From contig OZ025653.1 of assembly GCA_964019335.1 (NCBI GenBank), forward strand, positions 620,001 through 684,000: 64,000 nt of DNA. Reading direction: 5' to 3'. This DNA is from Diplonema japonicum. Taxonomy: Eukaryota > Protista > Euglenozoa: Diplonemea. Of the stretch, positions 1-10,934 are shown one piece after another. Both the position numbers and the translations under genes were made by a program. Numbering within the stretch: the first letter of the stretch is position 1; each line of letters opens with the position of its first letter. The notes beneath the pieces are model-generated. The model saw only the letters and a program-made list of their open reading frames with translations. It searched no databases and had not been told where the DNA came from.

Positions 1-1
1 G

Positions 2-85
2 TCAGGTAGAGCTCAACTTTTAGTTTCAAGGAGGGCATGTTGCCCTCTCAAGGAACAGAAATCTAAAATGTTTTTATTTCATCAT
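2..85 (-). ncRNA. Box C/D snoRNA, probably guiding LSU rRNA methylation
   Basis: Minus strand reads ATGATGA (box C)...TTAGATTTCTGTTCC-TTGA (D')-hairpin GAGGGCA/TGCCCTC-TTGAAAC (C'-like)-AAAAGTTGAGCTCTAC-CTGA (box D). The D' guide is antisense to GAACAGAAATCT, a conserved eukaryotic LSU segment; the D guide covers GAGCTCA, the adjacent LSU segment. Confidence 0.75.
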
Positions 86-139
86 TTTTTGCTGACAGCA
101 AGAAGGAAACAGGGGGAGGGGGGCTACGGGTTATACCAA

Positions 140-213
140 TCAGATCTTGGTTGTATTTTTGGAATTAGATTAATCAAAACAACGTTCATACGCCAGGTAA
201 AGGTGTGCATCAT
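140..213 (-). ncRNA. Box C/D snoRNA, target uncertain (possibly 5.8S)
   Basis: ATGATGC (box C variant)...ATGA (D')...TTGATTA (C')...AATACAACCAAGAT-CTGA (box D), 74 nt, lying between two other C/D RNAs. The guide is antisense to TCTTGGTTG, resembling the 5.8S 5' region (inference). Confidence 0.6.
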
Positions 214-464
214 CTTAAGGAAGAGGGGTTGGGATACGGAAAAGAAAAAAAAGAGAGGAGAAGCTCCAACCGGGAAATTTGAAGCTCAGTCCCGACACCT
301 TGCTGCAATGTCGTCAGTGTTGAAGGTAAGTCTTTTCCCTTCAGTCAGGTGGCTCATGCTCTGCAGAACTGAACCTGTTGTCTGTCATGTCGATCATTCG
401 CTTCATCTCTCCTTACATTTCCTTGGCAGGTGTGGCAAAAAGACAAAACGGAAAAAAAAGGTGT

Positions 465-550
465 TCAGACAGCCCGTCGTTTTTGTCACCAGAGGCAACA
501 CCGAAGTGAGCAGTAAGGCATCAGCTTGCAAATACGAACAGTTTCATCAC
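465..550 (-). ncRNA. Box C/D snoRNA, snR70/U43-like (SSU Cm at the E. coli C1402 equivalent)
   Basis: GTGATGA (box C)...CTGA (D')...AACGACGGGCTGT-CTGA (box D). The guide pairs with universal SSU CCGCCCGUCGUU with one mismatch, and the D+5 rule lands on the C1402-equivalent base. Confidence 0.75.
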
Positions 551-1131
551 TACACAACACAGTGGAACCTTCCCATAACTCGGCTTTGAGTACAAAAAAG
601 AAGAATAAAAAAGGATGTTATAATTTTTTTGAAGAAGCTTTTAAAGAAAGAAGGGGGGGGGGGGGTGCTTTCTTTGTGTTCCCCTAATTTTTTTGACGGA
701 TGATTCAAAAACAATTCGTACCTGAGCCGGAGAAGCTTTAAAAAAAAAAAAAAAAAGAAGAAGAAGAATCCTGCGGCATTAGTTTCTGCGCACAACATCA
801 TTTCTTTAGGGCCCACGAATAGTTTTTAGTATTGCAATCACAAAAAAAAAAAAAAAAAAAAAAACCATGTGATTTACACTGGCACAAAAATCAGGAATAA
901 TAATAAAAAAAAAAAAAAGAACTTGCCCCTTGTCGGAGTACTGTATTGTGAGAGAAGGGAGGCACATCCTTTTCATTTTCTGTTTTATTATATTTTTTTT
1001 TTCAATTCTTTTTTTTTTCTTTCCTTCTTACCTCCCCCATATTTGATTAGTTCTTTTTAAATATTTTATATAAAAAAGAAAAAGAAAAAAAGAGGGCAAC
1101 ACTTCTTTTTCTTTTTTTTTTTTTGTCAACT

Positions 1132-2827
1132 TCAGCTCACGGTGAAGTTAGCCTGCTGGTCACTGTCTGCACCATTTTGTTCTTCTGCGTAGAGCGTTTC
1201 GCCTGTGTGAAAAAAAAAAAAAAAAAAATCACTATGATAGGAACGAAGTGGTTAGCAACGGCCCGCGCAAAAAAAAAATCTCAAACCCCCTATTGCATAC
1301 CTGCAAAAAGATGAACAAGAACAAGTAATTGAAAAGCAGCATGATGCAAACAGCGTACCAGGCCACCTTTTAAAAAAAGAAATCTTTTTTGCCCCCCCCC
1401 CCACCGTTCCAACATACCGACTGTACAGCCACGAAGAGAAGCGCCAAAGAAATGGCAAGCTGCCCCAGAGTAAGGCAGGCTTGTGTCTTGTAAGGCGAAG
1501 AAAATAAAGTCCTGTTGGTTGACAATTTAAAAAAAAAAAAAATAAAAAAATAAAAAAAAAACATACCATGCAACAGCATGAGCCAGGTCACCAGGTACAC
1601 CACAGTTGGTGTACCCAAGGCCCTTGTAAATAGCGGCAGTTGCTAAGAGTTTCTCATCCACCTGTTAGGTGTTATATTTAACCATCACCACAGGATACAT
1701 ACCTTAACGGAAGAAGCGTCTGTACCATCTGTGGGAACGAGCCCCGGGTGGAACCTCACCAATGTCCCGCTCTTGTATGCAACACCGGGACGCCAGATTT
1801 GGATTTCCCTGCCGTGCAGGTCCTGCACAGGAGAGACGCATAGCTGCCAGTGGCCGTAGGTGTGCGTGTAGGCAACGTACTCCAAGAAGTTCTGGTAGAG
1901 CGACCTTGCTGACAATAGTAGCAATGTGTTGAGAAACACGACAACGGTGAGAAGCCTTGTGCGGACAGGTGGCCAGTACAGGTGCTCGTTGGCCACGAAG
2001 AGTACCGGGATGACACCTACATAGTACGCGTTGAAGAAGGCCGCGTACAACACACCACGCCACAAGGACGAAAACATGTTGCGCGACAGCACAATGTGCA
2101 GAACCTTGTCCTCCTTGACAGGCTCGTCGTCGGTGGCCCATTCCAACCGGAGGCATTTCTCAGGTGGGTCCTGCTGCAGTCTAGACGCAGCGCCGAAGTA
2201 CATGGCAACAGGCACCACCACGATGAAGAGTTTCAAGCTTTGATGACGCGAGGCGAGCACCAACCCACAATAAACAGAAATCCCCAAAAGGAGGAGGAGG
2301 AGGATGGAACATGCTAACAGTTTATTGAACCCGGGTTTGTTCACGTTGAGAATACTGCTTGCAGTGCGTCGTTTGAAACCCCCAGAGCGTTCCAAGGCAT
2401 CGGACCACTGCACGAAGGCAGCCTGCGCCTGCTTCCAGATCAGCCTCCTGAAGAGCGCTACAAGCGAGAAGGAGAAGGCGTAGTAGTCGACGTCGAGGAA
2501 GTTCGTGCGGTAGATGTTGTAGTTCTGCACCACAAGGTGCACCACAGAGTAGATGAACAGGAGCAGCTCGAAGGGAAGATCCATCCTGTCCGACACGTAG
2601 AACCCGCATAGTGTGGGGATGCTGCTGTAGGTCCCGTGTAGAGGGCTCTCGTTCGTTTTTGGGATGTACAGCACAGGCTGCTTGTTGGCTTGCTTCTTCA
2701 CCTCTGCCTTCACACCATTCCCCACCCCGTTCCCCGTTTTCTCACCGCCGTTCTGCACCCCGCCTGACTTCTTTGCATCGTTCCCCCTTTTTTTCGACTG
2801 CCCCTTCACACCCGCCTTTTCTCGCAT
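1132..2827 (-). CDS. TMEM39: TMEM39-family membrane protein, spliced (4 introns at the 3' end)
   Basis: ORF 1685-2830 has DLPFELLLFIYS...QNYNIYRT, LFNAYYVGVIP-type, HLYW and GHW motifs. The frame continues through GT-AG introns (VDEKLL.../TLFSSPY.../VAWYAVC...NYLFLF). The last donor is ambiguous: GTTTG gives ...GGETLYAEEQ...TVS* ending at 1132, GTATG gives an end at 1160. Confidence 0.75.
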
Positions 2828-2946
2828 CAAATATTCGTATTAGTTTTCCCCCCCACCACCACCACCCTCTACGCCCCTGACAGATTGAATTAAACAAGGT
2901 TAACGGGGGGGGGGGGGGGGGGGGGATACGTAAAAAAAAAAGGGGG

Positions 2947-3897
2947 TTAAATAGCAGAATAGTAGAGGTTCTTAAGACAAGCAGCTTTTTCAAAAGCGAT
3001 GTCGCGAATCTCTTTTCTATCCCGTGCCTCCTTCGAGAGGAACCGGGGGATAAGAACAGAGGTGATGAGGATTTGGTTCGGGGTGGCGGTGGTGCCCCCC
3101 CAGAGGAGGACCGACGACACCGCAACGAAATCGTGTATGAGCATCGAGAAGATCTTTTCCTGCTTTTCCGCAAGTCGGCGACGGCGGCGGCACTCCATGG
3201 TGATGAGATACGAGGTGCAGACATTGCACAAAGGGTTTAAACACACCTTGGAAAAGGGTGCAGGTTGGTGTAAAGATGTAAAGACAGGTTTTGGTGTCTC
3301 TAGAAAATATGAAGCTGCTCGTTTCCCCGCCATTAGAGGACCTGCTTGCGATATTTTTCTATTTCTATCGTCGAAAATCGCTTTTTCCAATTTCTTCTCC
3401 CGTTCAATACGGTGTGTTTTCACCACCCGTGTTGATCTTTCCACGGCTGTCCTGACGTTGTTGTGGATGTTCTGCGATATAGGTTTTGGTTCGGACCGCT
3501 TCAGATAGGCCGGGACTGCCGTTGTTCGATCTCTTTCAATTGAATTCAAACCGCATATATCTTGAAGAACACCATCGGCCCCTTGGGCCTTCTTCAAATC
3601 CTTCTTTGCTGTAATATACAAAGGCGACCCTGCGCTTGGTACCCATGGCCTTCTTCGCATCCCTTGCAGCTGAGAGCAGTTCAGGTTGCTGATGTCGCCT
3701 AAAGACTGTTTGCACTTATCCTCCATCCCTGCTGCTCGCAGGTCGTTTTCAAGCTCTCGCCCGGTTGCTGAGACATATGCTTGCCGGACTGTAGTCCAGT
3801 TTGCATTAGTCTTGATTTTTTGCAACGCTGAGAGAACAATTTCCACGCTTCCTTCGTGAAGTCCCTCTTTGATTTTTCGTACTGTTGAATGGTTCAT
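2947..3897 (-). CDS. Hypothetical protein; N-terminus weakly resembles an annexin-type repeat
   Basis: Long ORF with likely start MNHSTV right after a poly-A tract; VRQAY..TGRELENDL motif. Confidence 0.65.
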   Translation of the reverse strand: MNHSTVRKIKEGLHEGSVEIVLSALQKIKTNANWTTVRQAYVSATGRELENDLRAAGMEDKCKQSLGDISNLNCSQLQGMRRRPWVPSAGSPLYITAKKDLKKAQGADGVLQDICGLNSIERDRTTAVPAYLKRSEPKPISQNIHNNVRTAVERSTRVVKTHRIEREKKLEKAIFDDRNRKISQAGPLMAGKRAASYFLETPKPVFTSLHQPAPFSKVCLNPLCNVCTSYLITMECRRRRRLAEKQEKIFSMLIHDFVAVSSVLLWGGTTATPNQILITSVLIPRFLSKEARDRKEIRDIAFEKAACLKNLYYSAI

Positions 3898-4549
3898 TTT
3901 TTTTTTTTTTTTTTTTTTTTTGTATCTGAAAATTTGGGAAGAAAAAAAAAAGAAGAAGAAAAAAGAAAGAAAAAAAAAACAAGAGAAGGTTTTTAGAAAG
4001 GAAGAGAGGAAACTTAGAAACTGAGGGGGGAGGGAAACAGGGAAAATCAAAGGGACAAAAAAACAGGAAGCGAAGGAATTTTTTTTTCTCTCCATTTTTT
4101 TTTTCTTTTTTGATTTTGTCACCTTTAAGACTTCCTTCTTGCATTTTTTTTTTTTTTTCCCTCCTCCCTTCCCTCCTTTTTTTCCCCCAATACCCTCCCC
4201 CTTTTTCTCTTAAGCGTAACTGGTAAGAAGTATATGTGTTTCAAGGATGAGAAAAGAAAGCAGCCAAAGCACGCACAAATAACATAATCAAAAGAAAAAT
4301 CGTTTTTTTTTAAAAATAATTCCACCCCTCCTTCTTTCTTCGCATCGTCTTTTTTTTTTTTTTTTTTTCTCTTTTTTTTTTTTTCTTCCCTCCCTGTCGT
4401 TCTTAGTGTAAATTACAATTTCATCCAGTACATCAAAAAGGACACACTTACACTTCTTCCAAAACCATTTACTCTTGACCCCCAGCGAGGAGGAAAGGGG
4501 CAGGGTCGGGGGAAAAAAAAAAGCAGGGAAAAAAAAAAGAATAAACAAA

Positions 4550-4586
<37 letters not shown>

Positions 4587-4597
4587 CCCTCTCTCCC

Positions 4598-5842
4598 TCA
4601 AATTACTAACATCTTCAACACATCAGCGATGATCTCAACAGCCTCCGCTAGCTCAGCCTCAGTGTGCCTGACAAAGCAAAGACGAACATTGTTGCAAACA
4701 GCCTTTGAAGGGCGGAACGGCGCCCCGTCAGCTACTTTAACATTGTCAGGCAGCGCACTAATAAGCTGAATCGAGGTAACAGTAGGAGGAAGAGTAACCC
4801 ACATGAAATATCCGCCAGTAGGCTTTGAAAATGTCACACCAAGAGGTTGGAGATATTTAACAGCCGCGTCAGTAAGAGCAGCGGCCCTGAGAGAGTAGGA
4901 AGTGATAATGTTTTGAAGGTATTTATCAAGCTCATGAGATTTGATGGTTTTGGCAACGAGATGTGCTGTAAACTGCGACAATCCACCTCCGGATTGGATG
5001 AGACCGGAGGTTTTTTCAAGCATCTCGATAATTTCTTTCCCAGCCTGCACCCATCCGACCCGGAGCCCTGGCGCCAAAATTTTTGTGAAGGATGAGATGG
5101 ATATAACAACCCCACAGCTTCCCTTCAAGCACGCCATTGGTGTGACACCAACACCATTGCGACCCCATTCAAGGCAATGGTACACCTCATCCGCGACTAA
5201 TTTGATGTTTTTCCGCCTGCAAGCATTGATAATCTCCATTCTCCGACTGTCCGGCATGCTGTAGCCGGTCGGATTGTGATGCGTGGGAATCATGTAAAAG
5301 AAGGCAATATCATGATCTTCAGAGAGATCGTCGATTTCAGAAGGCAGAGTACCATGGTGGTCAGTCTTGAGAGGGACAACATTGACATTGTGGGTTTTTA
5401 AGATATCGACCGCGAGGAAGTAGGTGACTTCTTCAACAAGAACGGTTTTTCGGTTTTTTTTTGTGAGCGCGGTGCAGCATAGATCGAGGCCTTGGGATGA
5501 GCCTCCGGTGATCAGAAGGTTTTCGCTTGTTACAGGGAAGCCATATCTTCTTGTTAAAAACTCGCCCAGTCTGGTTAGTACCAGTTCGTCTCCCATGTTT
5601 TCGGCATAGTTTAGTGGGTTTTGTGTGTTGTCATCTAGGACGTCGCAACATGCTTGTTTCATTATTTTTCGTGGGGCCTCGTCGTCTCGCGGCCAGCCCA
5701 AGCTTAAATTGTATTCCTTATTGTTACCATTGCTTTTTTCCTTGTTTTGAGCGACATCGTTGCCGTCCTCGCTCGACGACCAGCCGTCCCACTGCTCTGC
5801 CGCGCTTGCCATGTGGTTGTGTGGGTCATACTTATCGACCAT
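4598..5842 (-). CDS. PLP-dependent class I/II aminotransferase (aromatic/2-aminoadipate type)
   Basis: ITGGSSQGL, HNPTG, ADEVY, SFTKILAPGLRVGW (PLP lysine), PTGGYFMW, RLCF motifs; start MVDKYD after poly-A. Confidence 0.92.
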   Translation of the reverse strand: MVDKYDPHNHMASAAEQWDGWSSSEDGNDVAQNKEKSNGNNKEYNLSLGWPRDDEAPRKIMKQACCDVLDDNTQNPLNYAENMGDELVLTRLGEFLTRRYGFPVTSENLLITGGSSQGLDLCCTALTKKNRKTVLVEEVTYFLAVDILKTHNVNVVPLKTDHHGTLPSEIDDLSEDHDIAFFYMIPTHHNPTGYSMPDSRRMEIINACRRKNIKLVADEVYHCLEWGRNGVGVTPMACLKGSCGVVISISSFTKILAPGLRVGWVQAGKEIIEMLEKTSGLIQSGGGLSQFTAHLVAKTIKSHELDKYLQNIITSYSLRAAALTDAAVKYLQPLGVTFSKPTGGYFMWVTLPPTVTSIQLISALPDNVKVADGAPFRPSKAVCNNVRLCFVRHTEAELAEAVEIIADVLKMLVI

Positions 5843-6535
5843 TTTTTTTTTTTTGTTGGTTGTTGCACCCCCCTTCACACCTTTTTTTTTTTTTTAAATA
5901 AAAAATGTGGAAATGTTTGTTTTTTAAAAAAGTTGGGGAGCGAGAACAAAAAAAACAAAAAAAAAGGAGGAAAAAAAAAAGACACGTGAATGTTTTTTTT
6001 TTTTTTCTTTTTTTGTCGCTTTTCCTTCTTTTTTTTTTCCCTCGAAGGGAGCATCAAAAAAAAGAAGAATGTTAAAATTGAAACCTAGGGGGGGAGGGGG
6101 AGGAAAGTAGTAGGAAGGTTTTTTTCTAAAAAAAAAAGGAGGAAAGGAGAGGGGTGAATTAATAATATATGAGCAAAAAAGAGAAGGGGGGAAACAAAAA
6201 AAGTATACTGACGAGTTCAAAAAGAAGGCAAAAAATCTTTTTCCTTTTTTTGGTTCTTCTGCCAATATTCCTTTTTTTCTTTTTTTTGCTTTCATTTCAT
6301 TTTCTTTTTTTAATTTCCTTCCCGCTCTCCTTTCTCTTCTACTCCACAAAATCCTCTTTTTTTTTCCCCCCTCTTTTCCCCCCTTCATCCTCCTTAAGCC
6401 ACGCACTTTTTTTTTTTTTTTTTTTTTTTTTTATTACAAATAAAAAACCACACACCATAATCTCACCCCCATTGCATGAAGGAATAGAAAGAAAGAAAAA
6501 AAAAACCCCCCTTTTGTGTACGTGTACGTAAAGAA

Positions 6536-6571
<36 letters not shown>

Positions 6572-6640
6572 AAGCGTCTTGAGACACATGTTCATGTTTC
6601 TTACCTCCCCATCCTCTTCTCTCTTTCCCTCCCTTTTTTT

Positions 6641-9216
6641 TTAAGAACACATTTTGCTTAACAATGATGCGGCTCCAGCTGTTTTTTTTTTTTTTTTTTT
6701 TTTTTTTCTTCCTCCCCTCAAACAACACACACCTTGATTGTTGACAAAAAAACCATTCAAAGACGTTCCTGTAGGGATCTCCCCAACATTGCAGCTATAG
6801 AAAGTAGGCCCAGCTTTCGCAGAAAGAGGTGAAGTCGGGGTCCCGTTTGAGCTGTTGAGGCTGCCAGACATATCTTGGGATGAAGGGAAACAATCATCAG
6901 TGCAGTTTGAGCCAATTCTGTACACCACATCGATACTAGAGTATTTTGCTAGAATACGTCTGCACACAGAACCAGGGGTGAGGTTACGCGGGCGAACCTG
7001 GACCGAAGTCCGCATGACCTTGATGAAGATGGGGTATTTGTCAGCCATCTGATGCAGCACCTGGACAAGATCTTGCACCACCCATCTCGCAAAATCTTGA
7101 TCGGCTTTTTCATAAGTCCAAGTTAGTTCCATATCGAACTCCTCAATACCGGTACCAGGGGTTCTGTCGCGAAAATCGAGGTATAGATTTCTCACGGGCT
7201 CTTTCCAGCTGAGGTCAACACGTTCATCGGCTTCCACCCAAGCAGGTTCGTTTGGGTATTTTATGAGCATTCCGTGGCCCGAGCACAAGCCCACTTGGTT
7301 CATATCCTCGAATTCCGCCAGGGTGTCCTTTCCTTTCCCTGTTAATAAGAACAAGATGTTTTTGTCGTCTTTCGATAGTTTCTCGATGCAGTCCTTCATC
7401 GTGCTGTTTACCGTCAGTTTTCTGTCTTCTCCCTCTGTCGCTGCGGTTCCCTCGAAATCCAATAGTAAAAGTCTGTTTTTCGCTTCTTTGTAAGCCGACA
7501 CAAATTCCCGAAGAACTGGTCCGTTCAGTTTCTGTTGGTGTTGGTATTCATCGTCTTCTCTGATCAGCTCTGCAACGCACGTCCTAGCCCACTGCCCGAT
7601 TGAATTATGCTGCACGTAACGTAAATTATGTGCGTGGTTTTTCTTTTTGTCAGCGGGATCCATCCGGAGCGCACGCACCATAGCCTCTGCCATGTTGGCC
7701 TTGTCGTAAGGGTTTACTATTATACTCCCGCCAAGGCAGGACGCAGCGCCTGCGAACTCGGATAAGATGAGAGGTGCGAAGGAGTGCTGCGGGAATGGTA
7801 GAAATATATGGTTTAAAAAAAAAAAAAAACATACTTGAGTAGCAAGGACAGATTCATGTGCAATGAGGTTCATCCCGTCACGGGTCGGGGTGATCATCAC
7901 AACCTATACATTTTATTTTATAAAAAAGATTTAAACTTTTTTTTTCCCCCCGCATACATCAGCAAGATGGTCCAAAGCAAGACTGTTCTCAATATTGTCC
8001 TGCGGTTTGATGTGGATGTGTACAGGCTGCCAGGCGAGCTGTAATAAAAATTTTTGTTTTCTTCAAAAAAAAAAAAAAAAAAAAAAAATACCGTTCCATG
8101 GATGCCATTGATCCGTCCAACTAGCTGTTCGACACGTTGGACTAGGAGGCTTCTCTCCTCGTAGACCGCTTCTAGTTGTGCATTGTCGATGTCTTCTGCA
8201 TCCCGCGATATTGTTTCGTTGTCAATGATGGACTGCATGAGGATGACCTTCTCGATGAACTCGGGGTATTGTGTTAGGAAGTGGTCGAACGCTAACAGTT
8301 TCTCCACGATACCTTGGTACTTGTCGAGACGCGTGCACCGCCCGACTATAATTTTCGCGTTAGAGTAGAAGCCTTGCCTCCATTTTTCCGCCAGCGGGTA
8401 TGTTTGGTCGAGTTTCCCTTCATAAAGGGAAACTTTTAAACCAGTGGGGTCAACGTGGACCCTGCATACTTTACCGGTAGGAGCCGTGATAGAGGTGGGG
8501 CCCGTCTCCCATCCGAGCAGGTTGCTCACACTACGCAAGAAATACCGGCAGTAATTATACGTTTGGAACCCGATCACATCTGCACAGCAAAGACCTTGAA
8601 GGATCGATTCTCTGATCGGGATTTGCCTGAACAACTCCGAAGACGGGAATGTACAATGCAAGTAAAACCCAATCCTCGCACCAGGATGGCGCTTTCTTAT
8701 AAACGCAGGAAGACAAAGAAGATGATAATCATGGATCCATATCACATCGCCTGTTCTGTACACCGTCGCTACTGTGTCGGCTATGTACGTCATTATTTTT
8801 TTGTGAGAATCCCATAATTCTTCTATCCCGTAGAATCGTCGGGAGGTTGCTAAGGAGTAGTTCATCGTTGGCCATAGAACACCTTTGCAGAATCGGTGGT
8901 AGAATGCTTCGGCTTCATCTTGAGTGAGGTATAACGGGTAGCAGCCGTGGTTGAGCATTAGTTCGGAGGTGAGCCTGTCTTGCTTGTCAACGGGGATTTT
9001 CTTGCCTACCCAGCCTATGTTCACGCACTCTATGTTTGCGTCCAGTTTCAGTGCTTCCAGCGCGGCTGCTAGAATACTTTGTTCGTTGTTCTTCACAGTC
9101 CACTCCCCGTCGGGGCCCTCTGTGATGTTCTTCCCCAAATGCATTGATATGACCAACAACTTCGGGGCAGGCGAGTTGCTGTTCAACGACGACATGTCGC
9201 CTCTTGTTTCTCTCAT
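6641..9216 (-). CDS. TPS: Trehalose-6-phosphate synthase/phosphatase (GT20 + HAD), spliced
   Basis: WIHDYHL, GFYLHCTFPSSELF, RDGMNL, LSEFAGAA, VNPYD, RTPG motifs. Introns 8039-8091, 7904-7957, 7787-7834 and 6679-6732 join ORFs 7918-9216 and 6641-7900 in frame. Confidence 0.92.
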
Positions 9217-9545
9217 TTTGTGTTTTTTTTTTTGTCACCCCCCTTCCTTTCGCTCTTTACAAATTGGAGGGGAAAAAAAAAAGAAGAAAATAAAAGAAAG
9301 AAAACGAAGCTAGCCAATGTTGAAAGGAAGAAGAACATAAAAAAAACCCCCCTCCCTTTATCTTTTTTTTTAATACCCATAATACGGGGAAGAGAGAAAA
9401 AAAAATGAGGTTAGGGAGGGAAGGGGGGATGGGGGGGGCTTTTCCCCCCCCCTTTTTTTTCTTTCTCTCCGTTCCCTTTTTGTATTCCACGAGAAAAAAA
9501 AACACTTTTAGAAAAAAAAAAAATTTTTTTTTCCTCTTCCCCCCA

Positions 9546-10865
9546 TCACCGCCATGTCATAAGGTCAGTGTTTGCGATGGATGTGTCCGCTCCATGGATG
9601 AAGCTTGGGCATGCAATATCTTCATCAAGACATTTCTCTACAACTTTCCAGAGGTCGATTTCGTCACCGGCTGTCGGTCCTTGCCAAGCTGTAAGGTATG
9701 CAGGGTACCCCTTAGCATTCTCCACTGGTTTGTAATCGGAATGGTGAGTCCAGATCACATCTGTAGTAGCAGTGTGACGGGCAAATCCGTGTTTATAGGA
9801 GTCTTTGGGGACAATTTTAAACGCGGAACCGTCGCGGTACTCGGTTTGAAGTTTTTCGCAGGCGGATTTTTTGTCGTGGGATGTAAGGGCGCTGGTGATG
9901 TCGAGGTGCCAGGGGTCGATGCTTCCTACGGGGCGGCCTTCAAAGAAAAACTCAAGACCGAACACTTCACGAGAATAACCCCGTTCTTTAACATGATTCG
10001 TGAGTTCAAACACGTTTTCAGAATAATACATTCCTTCAGCTTCCTCGTAAGCGGATGCGAGTGAACAGTGCAGACCCGCTTTGACAATGTTGGAAAATGT
10101 TCGAAACCAAGCGGACCACAATCCGCTGACAAGGCTGTCTTTAGTAGCTTGGGAAGACGACATTAAAAAAAGCGGCCATCCTGCAGAATGAAGTGCATCA
10201 TTCGACAGCAAAGTTGTCATCGAACCCGAACGGCAGTAGTTTAAAAGACATACCACAGGCCGGGCCGGGTGTCTACTGAACATCTTGTGCAGCAAAATCC
10301 GAAGTTGTGTGGTGAAAACGTTGTAGTAAGGCAGCCGCCCTTTCTCCACAGCCACAAAATCGTACATCTCACCGCGAAGCTGCTCGGGTGCTTCATACGG
10401 CATGTTAAAGTACCACTCGTGGTTTCGAATATTCGTGGAGTCCCCTTCAATGGTTTGGAACGAGTTTCCATGTGAATACACGGCGATTTGAAGGGGTGCG
10501 TTTGTTTCCGCTGCTTCTGACAAAACCCTCCAAACTGTGTAAGGGTTGACGTGCTCGTGGTCGTACTGTGCTCCACCTTCTGAAATGAGCAGTTTACATC
10601 GTTCCGTCACGCGTTCTATTAAATCTTGATAGTATTTCACAGGGATCCCGTTGTTGTATATTCCTTGTGCTCCTTCTTTCAATGTGTCTAGGTAGTCCTG
10701 GAGCTGTGCGATGACTATAATTCTCTCCCGTTCGACTCCGCTTTGCCGTAAGGCTTCGTAGGCCTGGCCTATGAACGTCACAGAGGTGTGCATGAATTCC
10801 CTTTTGCTCCTTTCCACGCCTTGGAGGTCCCGCGCCTCGCCTCCTATTAAAATGTGTAGGGCCAT
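9546..10865 (-). CDS. Clan CD cysteine peptidase (C13 legumain/GPI8-like fold)
   Basis: AYEALRQSGVERERIIV, YSHG (catalytic His) and LNYCRSGSM (catalytic Cys) in the caspase-hemoglobinase arrangement. Confidence 0.7.
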   Translation of the reverse strand: MALHILIGGEARDLQGVERSKREFMHTSVTFIGQAYEALRQSGVERERIIVIAQLQDYLDTLKEGAQGIYNNGIPVKYYQDLIERVTERCKLLISEGGAQYDHEHVNPYTVWRVLSEAAETNAPLQIAVYSHGNSFQTIEGDSTNIRNHEWYFNMPYEAPEQLRGEMYDFVAVEKGRLPYYNVFTTQLRILLHKMFSRHPARPVVCLLNYCRSGSMTTLLSNDALHSAGWPLFLMSSSQATKDSLVSGLWSAWFRTFSNIVKAGLHCSLASAYEEAEGMYYSENVFELTNHVKERGYSREVFGLEFFFEGRPVGSIDPWHLDITSALTSHDKKSACEKLQTEYRDGSAFKIVPKDSYKHGFARHTATTDVIWTHHSDYKPVENAKGYPAYLTAWQGPTAGDEIDLWKVVEKCLDEDIACPSFIHGADTSIANTDLMTWR

Positions 10866-10934
10866 TTTTATTTTATTTTTTTCGTCTTTGTTTTTTTTTT
10901 TTTTTTTTTTTTTAAATTTCTTTGGTTTCATATT

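Noticed and set aside
260-408. U1 snRNA-like motifs (ACTTACCT, ATTGCAG loop) or a fourth C/D snoRNA on the minus strand
   Set aside because: No clear U1-70K loop or Sm site, box C is non-canonical and no convincing target was found; left uncalled.
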